A stretch of DNA of 64,000 nucleotides from Lepidodermella squamata (GCA_047495785.1 JBLDXI010000014.1:620001-684000), one strand, 5' to 3'; shown: positions 1 to 13,548, counted from the stretch's first letter. The notes: generated from the sequence alone by a model not told the origin. Program-made: numbers and translations.

Positions 1-496
1 TGCTGTTGTTGCTGAGATTGGGTATTTACAGGCATGGGCGGTACCGGTAGCTGGGGCCGCAAAGTTTGGCGCTTTGCTTCGACGATTTCCGGCGTCACAG
101 CATCGATTATACTCAGAGGAGGCACGATGGGGGTGTAAGGAGTTTGCTGATCTGCCGACAGCGCTGCGCCGTTCGACAATTCCGCCTTAAAAACATCCAT
201 TTTATATTTACACGCTTCAACTCAAATCAAATTACTTCTGCATGAATTTCTGCTTCGACATACTGCACACCGCGTTGTATTAGCGATAACAGTGCTCCCG
301 ACGGCACCTGACTCCATACGATATTGGAATGCGCGATATTTGATTCGGTTCCAAAAGAAAATGCGGAATGAGTGAACCCTTGTAAACAAATTTTTTCAGT
401 CATTAAAACTCCAACAATTTTCATTTCGTCTCTTTTACCCGATTCAAGAAGATACCGCCATATTAAATAATTGATTTCATCTGTACTGAAGCTCAT
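1..496 (-). CDS. TBL1X: TBL1X/TBL1XR1/ebi-like LisH (WD40) corepressor subunit, 5' exons only; runs off the window start
   Basis: [20 protein letters not shown]|[12 protein letters not shown]...[20 protein letters not shown]|...[12 protein letters not shown] matches the TBL1 LisH N-terminus; two short GT-AG introns (~380-438, ~187-234). Confidence 0.9.
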
Positions 497-3400
497 CCGT
501 TCGGATCACTATGAAATTATGAGATAAATGACAAGGCGGTTACGCCGGTCACCTCATTTTCACAATTTTGAAATCTAGAAAACAGATAAATTGCAGCAAA
601 TAAAGGGACATTACTGTAGTCAGCCCATCGAGAACACCTCGTAAACAGACGGAAGATAATTATTGAATAAGAGATTACACTGGCGTATTACTTCAAACGC
701 ACCGCTTACTGTGCTTGTTGCACTTGGTAGCGTATATAGAGCCTTCCTTTATTTATTGTGTTGCACTCTCACACGCATTCGTTATGTTTCTTCTTCAACT
801 AAGTATACGAGCTACATAAGGCTCGTAAGGCACAGTGCACTGAGACGACGCGCATGTATTAATATGTTTGAGGTATAGTCTCTACGCGCACACTACATGA
901 GAGACTATACACACATAATTCACAGTACACCATAGGAGACTTCTATCAAGAAGGAATACTCAAATCCATCAATTGATTTTCCCTCTTCGGGAGAGAGATC
1001 GAACGCTAGCGTGAGGTATGATTAGAGCTAATGCCTGATGTAAATTCATTCTCAACTTTTCGGACGTGAGGGTTAACAAAATCAAATAAATAGAAAATTT
1101 CAAAGGAAATTGTCATCAGAAAACGCCAGGTTTTCTTGCCATCATTACTCTTAAAAAGATAATTTGACGTTATGCAAGTGAGATTGCAGGCGATTCCGCC
1201 AAAGTAGAAATAGAGAAAGAGCGTGGGATTCCTAGTATATAAGCTGAGAACAGAAAAGCAACGATTTCGAACGCTAATGGTGATTCACAACTACCCATGT
1301 ATAGTGATTTATGGTGCCCGAAATTCCTAAAGATCAAACATAGATATCTGGATGTTGAGACTCCAGCATATAGTCCAGTCTCAAGACGCGACGAGTTTCA
1401 TCATGTTGCGCAGATGATTGCTTCTCCAGCAGATTTCACTGAGCGCTCAATTAATTTTTGGGAGCAACGACTGCTGCGAACGTAACAAGCAGTCATGAAT
1501 TATGCGGTCCAACTTAGGCAGTAAATTATCAATGATTTGCTAACTACGAACTACGACTGAAAAATAAAATTCAAATTGTCGGCGAAAAATGAGCTTTCGC
1601 CATAAGTGCGAATCATAATCTACATGCTTCAAGAGAATATACCTAAGAAAAGACGCACGGCACAATGCCTGCTCAAAGACTGAAAATTCATGCGATTCTT
1701 GATGAAAAATGAGGAGAAGTTGTCTCAGCAACTGATTGCCTTTGATGTTAGATAACTGCGGCTGTACATCCGAAAAACGCGCAGATGCAATTGTACTAAG
1801 GTCTAATGAAAGCCCAACACACCGTCAAGTTTCATCAAGTCACGGGTAAAAAAAACCTCGTAGATGCGGGGAAATATATCAAAGGCCGATAAGTCGCGCT
1901 GTTGAATAATGAAATAATTTTATTATCGGGTCAGGGGACACGGCACAGGCAAACCAGAAACATGAAGAAATCAGCAATTCGTTTGATAAAACTTTGGAGA
2001 CATCTGATGAGCCCTCAAGCACGTCGTTTGGCCAATTTTTCCAGATCGAGCACGTAAAAAACCACATGTCACATGTTGAGTCTCGACTACATAGGCAATG
2101 CATATCAATATTAGAATAATCCAGTCTAGCTTATCGCTTCTACTTGCAATGGCAATTGCTCATCTTAGACAGCCCAAGCGCAATGTCTATAAGAAGTTGG
2201 GATAACATACGGGAAGAATTAAAATACTTAAAATGCTTAAATGACTAATCTGTAAACGATAGTCACTCTAAATCAGGAAGCAGGAAATAGACAATGGCAG
2301 GCTCCTTTCAGTTGATAGCAAATGACAAATGACAAATTACCAATAATAGGAAATGGAAAAAAATTGATTGAAAGAAAAAAGCGACTATTCGTTGGGTCAT
2401 TCTGAATCTTGGTGCCTCGCATCTATATTACGATTTCATAATTGTTTATAGGCCCGACGCAGGACATATTAGATGTCATACAACAGGAGAAAGACAAAAC
2501 GTTGGTCCAACGTTGTAAGGAAGCCCGAGGGCGATTCATTTCTCGCAACTCTCGTGTCAACACGCAAATTCATCAAAAGCCAAAAGTCAAAACTAGGGAG
2601 AAACTAGGTCAAACGCCAACATGGAAGTTACAGCAAGCAATGAGGAGTAACACACGGGGGCACAAGGTTATCACATCATGACCATCAACCATCAACTTTG
2701 CGGGATGAAAATGGCCGCAGATGCAGAAGGGCGGAGAGTTTTGCGGCTGAAAAATGCGATGCGAAAAAATTGAAAAAATTAATAAACCTCGCAATTTGTT
2801 CGTGACCGTTTAGACTAACAAAATTATCGAACATATTCAAAACATAGTTTATTAAGAATTTCAAAAAATATTTTTTATCGTCTAAGACGCGTCGTTGCGC
2901 TTTCCATGTCAAGTCTCTCTCAGTTCGGGGGACCGAAAACCGCGGCGCCCGGCTTTTGACTTGAGATTGTTGACTGATGTGGTGCGACTGTCGATTTCGA
3001 GCTGTTGACACGGATACGCCCAGAGACACCGCTTAAGGGCGTAGACGTGGGTGGCCATACTCCTCTAACGGTCGGAATGCTCAGAGGAAACAACATCAAA
3101 TTATAAATTATTTTGTCGTCAGCCTCGTTATAAGCGTTCAGCAGAAGGGCTGTGCAGCCAGTACATGCTTGTCGGACCAACCACTACGCTGACCTTATGG
3201 TCATGTCGTTGAGTCGTTCGCGGCGCCTGCCACCTATCCTACCTACCCTTCCCCTACCCCTACGATCATGAATTTGCTATTTCTCTTCGCCTGGACGCCG
3301 GAAAAACTCAAACTGTCGCCATAAGGCGAGCTAACGCTCTAAGATAGGTTTGGTCTGGTGTCTGGTATACCAACTACTTTCACTTTTCACATTAGAAACC

Positions 3401-3913
3401 ATATGATGTCCCTATCCCTGGTACTTCATTTATTGCTGACTGTTTCTCCAGGACCTAGGCATTTGTACCCAGGTGACTTTTTCACTCAGCCTAAAAACGC
3501 CAAACGCCGTCTAAGCAAGATCGCTACCAAAATAATAGTTTCGATGATTTAAAAGATGATTTACAAGACACAAGAGACGAATGATTGCTTCTGATTAAAA
3601 ATGGTGAATAGCTCCTCGGCAAAGGTTGAAATGTAGACTATAGATTTGGCCACCATTATTATACCCTTGATGTTGAGATTGTTATCTCTATGAAAACTGT
3701 TGCTCTGTCTATGTAAAGGCCACGGCGATTGCTGATATGGATATATGTTTTGATTACTGCTCCATGAAAAGCGCGAATGAGAAAAACTGCTGCTCGTGAT
3801 TCAACCATAATCTTTCAGAAACTTGACTGCCTCTTTGTTACAATTTAATATTTTATAGACGGCTTTGACCATAGAAATTTCATTTAATGGTTCGACGGAT
3901 TCTAGGTCATCAA

Positions 3914-4669
3914 ATGGAAAGTCCAGGTACAACCGAAGAAGTCGCTAAAGCTGACCCGCGCGTTCTGCAAATAGGAATATCTGGCAGAACAGGAAATAAG
4001 AAAGGGCCGTTTCTTGTCATTGTTTACCAATCCCGCCAAAAGTCTAAAGATAAAGAATCCAAAAGTCATTCATCTGTTTTTCGATGTCGGCATATTCCTG
4101 TGGTTGTGATCGATGATGCCCAAAACGCAGACTTCAAACGAAAATGGCTAGAGAGAACGATAAATAGGCTTGAAAATCACCCTCGTCACTCCATTCTGAT
4201 TAATCAAATTCCTAAATCTCAACTTCAACGCCTTCTTCTGCACGTGCTTGATGTAGAATTATCCGATAAAACAGCCAGTAATCTACAGGTAGAAGTTCAA
4301 GATTACTCAATTCTGCCTCTTAATTGGTTTCTCTCAGTTTCATCTAGATACAACGTCAACCGATTCGCCTTCAGGCTTACCAAAATTCTCAGCAAATGGA
4401 GCGGAAATTACAGAAGAGGAGGGTGTTGATTATAACAAGTTAGACGACGACGAACTGGGTAATTTTATAGAAATTATACCTAAAATTGAGTCATTCATAT
4501 GTTTTTTTTAACTAAAGCGGCGCGAAAAGCTCGAATGGATTTGCTATTTCAGAAAAATCGCGTGACGCCGGATTCGCCAAGTTTCGTCTACGATCTCCGC
4601 ATGGATTTTGATGCAGAAGGTGCTGCCAAGGAAAAGGTGTCTATATGGGACGACGAGGATGACAGCTGA
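3914..4669 (+). CDS. CEP19: Centrosomal/ciliary protein CEP19-like (3 exons: ~3914-4288, 4349-4457, 4518-4669)
   Basis: Spliced product contains PFLVIVY...RCRHIPV...LENHPRH...SQLQRLL and C-terminal DYNKLDDDEL|AARKARMDLLFQKNRVTPDSPSFVYDLRMDF...WDDEDDS, matching CEP19 motifs (NNPRH; LNKLDD.EL..RK..MD.LF.KN....D.P.FVYD). Confidence 0.8.
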
Positions 4670-5464
4670 ATCTCTTCTTTTGAAAGCGAACACTGTGCTA
4701 TTGGAAATCTTGCTTCGAATGAAGATGTTATCTGGAAAACTAATGCAGCATTCAGATTACGCTCAAGGAGTCGCCTGTGAATAGTCAAGCGTTATTTTCG
4801 GACCTTGCATCAGCTATAATGGATGATTAGCAGTCGGTTTTCAGCTCTCACTGAAACTTGAGAATGATTAATTTTACATGCGTAACGAAGCGAATTCGTT
4901 TGAAGTGATTGCCCATTACAAGTCTTGTTTTATTGACTTGTCGAATCTTCTCGGTTCAGTTTCTATATGTCAAGCTCGGCGAAACGATAAATAAATTAAA
5001 TATTCCGTGCAAATCGATTGAGCTTTTTCTGTATTTTCCATGCTTTTGCGGAGTGTGAGCTGATACCGATAACGTTCGAATGCAATGTTTGCTAGGCTGT
5101 CTGGCAGAAATAGACGAGTCAAACGTGTCGCCGCCAATCAATGCGATATCGAGTGAGTGAGACGTAATAAAAAATTACTGAGGATATTTGCGTGCGCTAC
5201 TATTAAGGTGTAATTATGATGCTGTGTGGGGACTTCCGTTATTTATCTTTTGCATGCCGAATGGCACCGGTCACGCTTGCCGGGCTAGTTGCCTTGGAGC
5301 GATCGAACTATTTATTCACAAGAAATAAAATTAAATTTGCATGACCCAGCAGGTCTCGATCAGGTTTCTGCAGGGCTTTTCGCCAGCTTTAATCATTTCA
5401 GGACATGTTATAATATCTTCCGAATAGAAGGCGGTATAAAGCACTGTTTCTTGCGTGGGTTGGT

Positions 5465-7649
5465 ATGCTAGCACAGAACCGAGTCGCAAGTCCCAGAAGG
5501 TTAGTTTTGTTTGTTACTTATAATTTTATCGACTCATTAATACTTGTTGAGCCAAAATTAATCTTATGATCTGTAAATTTCGAGAGAGCGCCGAACGCTG
5601 TGTAGCTACTCCAACCAATGGCGTATCGTTACTTCACTTTCCCTTCGAATAATTATTTACAAATTTACCCAGTAAAGAGACGGGTTCGTTTTCAGCTAGA
5701 CAGGTAAATTTGACATGAAACCGGCAATAAACAAACTTTAATTTCGGACTTCGAGGACTAAAATTGCATGCCTTTTACTATCAAGTACTTAGTCATTGTC
5801 GTAAGTTAGCTGAACATTTCTGCATGAGCTTTGACTAGGCTGTAAAACTGTTCGGATATTCCAATTTTACTGAAATGGTTATAAATTAGAGGATTTTAGT
5901 GGATGGCGGTTGCTTCATTTATTTACATCCATTTAGCCATTGAAATTTTCATCGATTACTCAGAAATATGGAAAATGATCTGTCTATTTTTTTTATCTTT
6001 GTAGAAACCCCGGCTACGTGGATGCCGATGAGCAATCTCTATCAGGTGAGTCAGTTGCTTTTGTTCAGCTTGCCATTTATCACTCGAATAACGAGTGGGC
6101 AGATTTAAGTTGACAATTTATCTATTTATCTGTTATTCGACCTATCATTAACATGCAGTCTGTGGCTTCATAGAAGACACGCAACTTTTCAATTAAAGCG
6201 TATTATTCATGTATGAATGGCTTGTTCTGCTTCTTAGATACGGACGACGCCATCAATGACGAGTTCTCTTTGCCATATTATAACATCAAAGATGAGTCCG
6301 TAACGAGTATTCACCTCGGCGATGGCCGTGGCCACTTGAACAGCTCAGTCAAACAGTTTTCATTCGATCCAATTCTCATCTGCGATTTCGTTGACGAAGA
6401 TATGTCAACCACAGTTATGGAGCAAGTATTTCGATCGCGACTCTTGTCGAATACTGGTAGCGGTTTCGGCAAGATGAAAGCGCGAAAAGTAATTTGCTTT
6501 CCATTCAAAGTCAGTCTTTTAATTCACTATATTATTTTTATCCACCCCCTGCAGGCAAGTATTTCTGCTCCTAATACTGACATGCGAAAAAGCGACTCTC
6601 GTGCGCCCTCATTTCACGAAATTTTAGCGACCAACGCCAACATTTTGTTGGATCAAGACGGCAACAATGGTTACGATTTTATTCACGTTATGGCGAAGCC
6701 GAGTAGCAAAGAGCACGATACACTTATGGTTGAGCTGAAAGCTGAGATTCAAGAGTCGCACCGTTTATCTATTCCTGTCGTCGATGATGAAGATGACGTC
6801 GAATTGACGGAATCGGGCCGTATTGCTGACAAAGAGGGAGTGCCAATTACAGAAGTCGATCCAGCTACTACCGCTGGTCGCAACTCGTCTCTTGTCAACT
6901 TTCGTGCCGACAGCCCGGCTAGAAAAGACAACACAGGTGCTAATAATAACAACAAAAATTCAGGCAGGCAGTCGATTTCACCTTCACCCGGTCAGTCTGC
7001 TGCCGTGAGCAATAACAATAGGAACAACAACAATAATAACAATAACAACAACTACCGGGCCAATCGAGCGCCATCGTTTAGTGCAAATAACACAGCAAGA
7101 GCGCGGCCGATGTCATCGGCTGCGCCTACAATTACGAAGGAAAGGCGGCAAGACCACAAGTCGATAGAACGCCTCAAATCGGTCGATCATTCAGTATTTG
7201 ACGCGTTGCTGCCAGAAAGCAAAGATATGGCTGAGCAAAGGCGTGAGCTTTACCAACGCTACGGCTTTCATCAAGACTGGCGCCACGGGCCTGCGCTCCC
7301 CGAGTCTAATCCTATGGAGCCTGTCGTTAGGCTAGCCCGTGAGTCAACCACCGTCGCTCTTCTAGCGGCGCGAATGTTCGGCAATGGCAGTGATGTCAAT
7401 GATGCGGATGGCGCGAAGGGCCGGCCGAGGACTGTTGCCGGTCGTTTTTATTCAGCTCGTTCGCAAAATTCAGCTTCCACACTACGGCCCGGCTCGTCCG
7501 CATCCGCATCATTGACGAATAGATCGCGTTCAATAACACCAAACCAGCAAGATTTGCGTAAAAAACCCCGGCCCACCACCGCGCAATCGCCCAAGCCCTA
7601 TGTTGCGTTTCGAGGCTCCAGTAATCTCCCGAAAATAAAAGCTACATAA
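5465..7649 (+). CDS. Uncharacterised low-complexity (Asn/Ser/Arg-rich) protein; exons ~5465-5499, 6005-6045, 6238-6488, 6555-7649
   Basis: Long ORF 6213-7649; phase-compatible GT-AG exons give MLAQNRVASPRR-NPGYVDADEQSLS-DTDDAINDEF...; poly-Asn tract ~7011-7052; no recognisable domain. Confidence 0.6.
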
Positions 7650-8042
7650 TTGTACTTTTTACACTTTGATGTCCGTTCTGATAAAAGTCGTGATGGGTGA
7701 TGGATCACTTTAAGAAATTTTGGCGTTAATTTATAGTCGTCTGAAGCAAAAATTATTATCGTGACATCTCGCGTTATCTTTATTAATGTTTTGCGTTTCT
7801 CTCGCATTCCCCGGTGTTCGAATTTTGCGCAACTGATAATTTGTAGCGTGATGTACATTTATTTTTCGTTTTTTTCTCATTTCGATTCGACGCAAATTTT
7901 ATCCAATTACGAGGAAAATGATGATGTTCAATAAAAATTCTTTCACGAAAATTGCATGCTATTTTTTGTTCAAGTCCGAGTACTACTTACAATTTTCACC
8001 ATCAAGCTCAGTATTATATTAAGAATTCTGCCATTTTTAGTT

Positions 8043-8903
8043 ATGGGAGTGTTGCTGATATTTTTAGCCCTTATCTTTATTCATGTCCCATCATCCGCAG
8101 CTCAACGAGTCTTGGTCGCCAATGCAAGTGCGACAATATACTTGACTTCACAAAATTTCGGCCAATCAATCAGTATTGGCACAGTGAATCTTCAACAATA
8201 CCAGGATCCAGGAGCTTCCGATCCCCTTTATGTGTTGATTATCGGCAATCTGCAAAACCTCTTCCCCTGTTGCATGCATGGCATGCATATTCACGAAATG
8301 AGTGCCACGAAAAATTGCTCAGAAATCGGCGCTCATTACAATCCTATGCATTCGAGACATGGAGCTTTGGACGGAGATTTAGCAACGCGTCACGTTGGAG
8401 ATCTTGGAAACATTTACAGTGGTAAATATTTCGGCTTCGGTGCATTCGGATCAATTATTCATCCTGTTTCGTCTACAGATTCGTCAGGGCTGTCTGTTTT
8501 CCAAATAAAGGACACCATAATACAAATAGGGTGAGTTGCGCTATTGAATAAATTTTCGGTACGCTAAAACAATAAATCTAGCACCGGCGATCCTATGCTT
8601 GACGTCATCGGCAAATCGTTAGCGATTCATTTGAAAGGTGATGACCTAGGTATGCGACAAGATTCAGGAAGTATGATTAACGGCAACTCGGGTGACGTGA
8701 TCGCATGTGGCAACATATTGGAAAACGTTCAATTGGTATGTAATAAAATCTCGCACTTACAGCCTCGTAATAATGTTTTGCACTTAAAGCGGCCAGCGGT
8801 AGCAGCAGCAAACAGTGGATTGTGCCTAGCAGCTATCGGAACATCAGCAATCTTTTCGGCTGGCTTGAGCTATTTTGTATTGATCAATAGTCGCATTGGC
8901 TAA
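8043..8903 (+). CDS. Secreted, probably membrane/GPI-anchored Cu/Zn superoxide dismutase-like protein (4 exons)
   Basis: Signal peptide MGVLLIFLALIFIHVPSSAA; HGMHIHE, GAHYNP, RHVGDLGN, AIHLKGDDLG, IACGNI; hydrophobic C-terminal tail. Confidence 0.88.
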
Positions 8904-9539
8904 ACGTAAGGCGATATGGTCTATAACTAAGTGAGCGGTGTTTCGCGGTGCAATAAGTATTATCTTCACTGACTTCAAAGCAATACCTGTCCTTTCAATT
9001 TTCCACTGCTATTAATTAAATCATAACGACTGGTCTACCTGAATTACGGCAAATGAAGCTCCATTTCTCATTCATATTTTTTTCCAGCATGTAAATGTGC
9101 GAACCTTCTAACCTAGCTGTACTTTTTGTCAAAAAATTTTGTTTTTATCATTCATGCTGTGATATTTGAGTATTATTTGTACAGATATGCGTGCAAAGTC
9201 ATTATTATATTTTTCTTAATCAGTTTAATGGGAGACCCTCTACTGCCTTAACAATTATTTTTAGCATCTCCATGAATTTATTATTTGGAATTTTATCATC
9301 GCGATTGCTATTGCAACAAACGTCAATGAATAAAAATAAAGATTGAAAACTTTTAGCGATGATTGAGAAATTTACTAATACGACGGTATTGTTCTACTTC
9401 AAGTTGTGATGCTCATGGCGTACCAGCCTCCATAAAGACTACAGTAGTGAAAAAAACTGTAAGTGAGCGGTTGAAGCAGAAATTTTGGCATGATGGTCTC
9501 GTCGCTTTAATGACACTGTTAGTACTGTAATCTGTAACC

Positions 9540-10799
9540 ATGGGGGTATTTGGTCGTTACGCTCTTGCATCAGAGTTTTTATTCTTTTTGATCGGTCGCG
9601 TTACCCCTCCTCCTTATCAGGAGCCAGTCGCCGGCCCGCAGCCTCTACCCGAATATGTCATCTCTCATACTGCAACAGCTGAAATGTACATGGCGGGGTC
9701 AACAGATAGCGAGCGAGGCAGGTATATTGGCACTATAAAATTCGATCAGTTGGTTTCGTTCGAAAACGGTGACAATGTATTGAGATTTGCCGGTATATCG
9801 GGAACTCTGAATTCCTTGCTGCCAGCCGGTAACAGAGGCTTCCATATTCACAACCAGACGGCGAATGGTGCCTGCACTAGCCTCGGAGACCATTTTAACC
9901 CTCTTGGTTCAGACCACGGAGCTCCGTACACAGCAACACGCCACGTCGGGGACTTGGGCAATATTGAATCGCCCAGCAGCGGAACAGTAAGGCTGGGCAT
10001 TATTGATCAGGTCATACAAGTCGGCACTGGCGATCAAAAATACGATATTGTCGGTAAGTCGGTAGCGATTCATGCTCAAGCCGATGACCTAGGACAAGGC
10101 GGTAATAGCGACAGCTTGGTCAATGGAAATTCTGGGAGAATTATGGCTTGTGGGAACATAATTCTTCAAACCAGATTGGTTTCAACGGCGATAGCTAAAA
10201 TCTATTCAGCCACTTCATCCAATCAATTACTAGGCACTGTAGCTTTACGCCAGTATCAAAACGTCACGAATGGAAAACCAGCTTTCACTGTTATAGTAGG
10301 AGACCTAGATGGGGTTCCAGGAGGCCAGCATGGATTTCATATCTACGAAGGCGTATCTCCGGCGCCCTCAGATTGCGGTAGTCGCTTAGGAAAGCATTAC
10401 AATCCTCTTTCGTCACGTCATGGACCTCAGAAAGGCGCTTCTTTAGATGCGCGACACTTAGGAGACTTGGGTAATATCATGGCAGACTCAAAAGGACAAG
10501 TTTCAATCGACGTTCTTGACCAGTATGTTCAGATAGGGTAAGTCGCACGTCCTGTTTACAACAGATTAGTTTTATTCATTTCACGTTGCAGAACCTCTGA
10601 TAAGATCTACGACGTTTTAGGGCGTTCTATTGGAATCACTGCTTCTAGAGATGATTTTGGACAGGGCGGCACTGGATCAAGCTCGGTTGATGGAAACTCC
10701 GGTAGTGTCATTGCATGCGGCAATATTGAGATCGCACCGATGCCACGCGTTGCGGTGGCACCACAAGCAATAGTTGGAAATGTTGGACGTTGCACTTGA
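9540..10799 (+). CDS. Secreted two-domain Cu/Zn SOD-like protein (intron ~10538-10590)
   Basis: Signal peptide; domain 1 RGFHIH/GDHFNP/RHVGDLGN/AIHAQADDLG/MACGNI; domain 2 HGFHIY/GKHYNP/RHLGDLGN/ITASRDDFG/IACGNI, ending ...NVGRCT*. Confidence 0.88.
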
Positions 10800-11263
10800 A
10801 AAATTTCCAGTAATGCATGGAAAACTCATTTGAATTTACTTCTTAGAAATACAAATAATAAATTAACCGTTGTAGTGGGCGCAACAGTTTTCTTCTATTT
10901 CATTTCGAACAGACCCGAGAACAGAAATAAGTGAATAATGCTGGACAGAAACTATGATGACCTTTTTCATGAGGGTTTCAAATATTTGCAAAATTTGACA
11001 TTCAGCATTTTCTATGACTTGCAGCAGTTTCAACTTTCTCCTTCATCTTTCGATAATGCTCCACCCTGAACCTTGGGATATTGTTATTTTAGCTACCTGA
11101 TACCCACAGGTATCAATAAATTATTACTCACGTATTCCCAGGCTGTTGTTATCGGAACAATCACTGCTTTGTAAAATCCATAACAGAAATTGATATCGGC
11201 TCTGCAGATCGGCGTTCAACTCCAACTAACCGCTCGTAACGCAAAATACGCGCAATTGTGATA

Positions 11264-11693
11264 CCGTCAACTGGGGTGACTACCCAGTGGGGTCACCTCG
11301 ACGTACCAAAATGGGGTGACTGAGCGTACCACAAATCAAAGATGATAAGGTAAATACCTCGCAAGTGGGGTACCGTTGCATAGCCTGGAGTAAATGCAGT
11401 CTGAAAATGGCATACGATTTCAATTATGATCAGATGGCTTCAGTTGGTCAGTCACCAAAGTTTTAATAAAAGAAAATTCGAAACTTTCCCAAAACTTCAC
11501 CTGCTATAAATGTCCTTAGATGGGTTACATTGATGTGCATTGTACACATCCAGGTAGGCCTTTCCTTGGGCTATGCAACGGTACCCCACATGCGGGGTAT
11601 TTACCTTACCATCTTTGATTTTTGGTACGCCAAAGTCACCCCATTTTGGTACGTCGAGGTGACCCCACTGCCCAAAGTCACCCCAGTTGACCG
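11264..11693. mobile_element. 430-bp MITE with ~120-bp imperfect TIRs and TA target duplication (Tc1/mariner-pogo type)
   Basis: TA|CCGTCAACTGGGGTGAC...GTCACCCCAGTTGACCG|TA; 11264-~11385 is the near reverse complement of ~11570-11693; TIRs contain repeated GGGGTGAC/GGGGTCAC motifs. Confidence 0.9.
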
Positions 11694-11931
11694 TATCTAC
11701 TGGTTATGCTTGATATTCCGAATGTTGAGGTTCAAAGAAAGAATTGGAAATGGTAAAACCATGGCAGATGTTTTCGAGAATTTCAGTGCTATAACCCCGA
11801 ACTTCGCATACCAAACGAGCAATTCAGGGGATTCATTTTCATTCACAGTTTTACATGGAGCATTGCGGTAAAAAAGACGGATATGGCTGTAAAACGAAAG
11901 ATTTTATTGAGTGAAAAATTGGAATCAAAGA

Positions 11932-12974
11932 TCATCGCCGATGATGCCTGTCGTTATGATTTCGGTCTCTATCACGATCTCGATCTCTCCGATCGGGATG
12001 CCGATATTCTCGAGACTTTTCAGGCTCGATACTGCGACGCTTCGCACTGACAGCAACATCGCCGTCATCGTCATAATCGACTCGAGAGCTTGCACCACCC
12101 CGTCTAACATCACCATCATCGTCAAATTCGACCCTTTCCTGTTTGACATCAACTGGTCTCCTCGGCTCGTCCGAAAAGTTTCGAGAAGGCCGCCGGATAT
12201 CGCCATCCTCATCAAATTCCGCTCTTTCCTGGAATAATAACGCCATTAAAACTGAGAAATCGAAGTGGATATTATACTTACCTCTTTTATCGCAGGTTCT
12301 CGATAAGGCCTATCCTGGCGATCTGAATGCTTAAAGTTCGGTCTATCACCATAGGGTCGCTTAAAATCCCCGCCTTTCTTTGAAGAAAACGACTTGCTAG
12401 CCTCGCGTTTTGCGGCCTCCTCTTCCAACTGCCGCAAATCAATGTCAGGCCCACAACCTCGTTCGTAAATCAACCTGGTTAGCTCATCGGTTTCGTCCTT
12501 CTCCTTCGGCGGGCGGTAGTTGGAAACGTGATCGACGCGAATTGTCCGGCCGACAAGCTTGATACCGTTGAAATTATCAACCGCCAACACTGTAGATCGC
12601 TGATCTTCGTAACAAATAAACGCGAAACCGCGAGATTTTCCTGTTTTCGGGTCGCGAACCATATTCATGTTGACGACTTCGCCATATCTGATGAATATCA
12701 AATGCCTCATAAAATAAATATTGATAAATGCGATTTTAAACTCACTGAGAAAATACTGAGATGACATCTCCTTCAGTCAAGTCGAAGTTCAAGCCTCCAA
12801 CAAATATCCAAGCGCTGTCTTTATAGACATCATGCCAGGATTTCCGCTCGCCAGCTATACCAAGCTGCAGCTCTTTCTCGTTCATCTTCTTCATATTTCG
12901 GATTTGCCTGCCATAATTTTGGTAAGAATGACCATAACCACGGTTAATAAAGGTACTCACGTTAACGGATTCAT
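11932..12974 (-). CDS. RBMX2: RBMX2/Ist3 (Snu17) RRM splicing factor of the RES complex (4 exons)
   Basis: MNPLT|QIRNMKKMNEKELQLG...SWHDVYKDSAWIFVGGLNFDLTEGDVISVFSQ|YGEVVNMNMVRDPKTGKSRGFAFICYEDQRSTVLAVDNFNGIKLVGRTIRVDHV; RD-rich tail. Confidence 0.95.
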
Positions 12975-13548
12975 CGTTTGTTTTCCTTATCGATCAACAA
13001 TATATAAAAAAACTAGAGGAAAAGAAGATATTTTCATTACGTTTTTATTGCGATTTGTTGTCATTTTTTTCATGAATTCAGTGTAACAACGCTCGGAACA
13101 ATACGCAATTTGCAGACACGCATATTGGTCGAGCAGCTGATTTCGATTCAGCACACAGGTATAAATTTAATCAGGGCATTTACAGCAGTCATCTGTCCAC
13201 ACACGGGTACCAGAAATATAGGCGCATATAGAATTTTGCTTCGCGTCATTTTCAATGGCATATGTATCAGTAACCAGGCGAAAGTAAAAAGATTTGATTT
13301 GCCTTCCACTAAAGAATCGCCGGGATTAGAGATACATCACCACGCAGAATACTGGCACACCCAAAACAATGAAAATCACACGTTGTGCGGAGAAAGTAGT
13401 CATATTCAAGTAAAAACAAACAAAAAAACAAGGGAGCACATTTCCTTTACTTGATTGATTAATATACTTCGGCTTTGAATTTAGCTGTCGCAGGCAATTA
13501 CAAATAACAATACCACAGGGACAAGAGATGTGACTATAATTTTGCTAA

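Noticed and set aside
1000-3800. Possible gene or transposon in the TBL1X-CEP19 intergenic region
   Set aside because: Only short ORFs without homology; no TIR/TSD pair or ribozyme core could be confirmed
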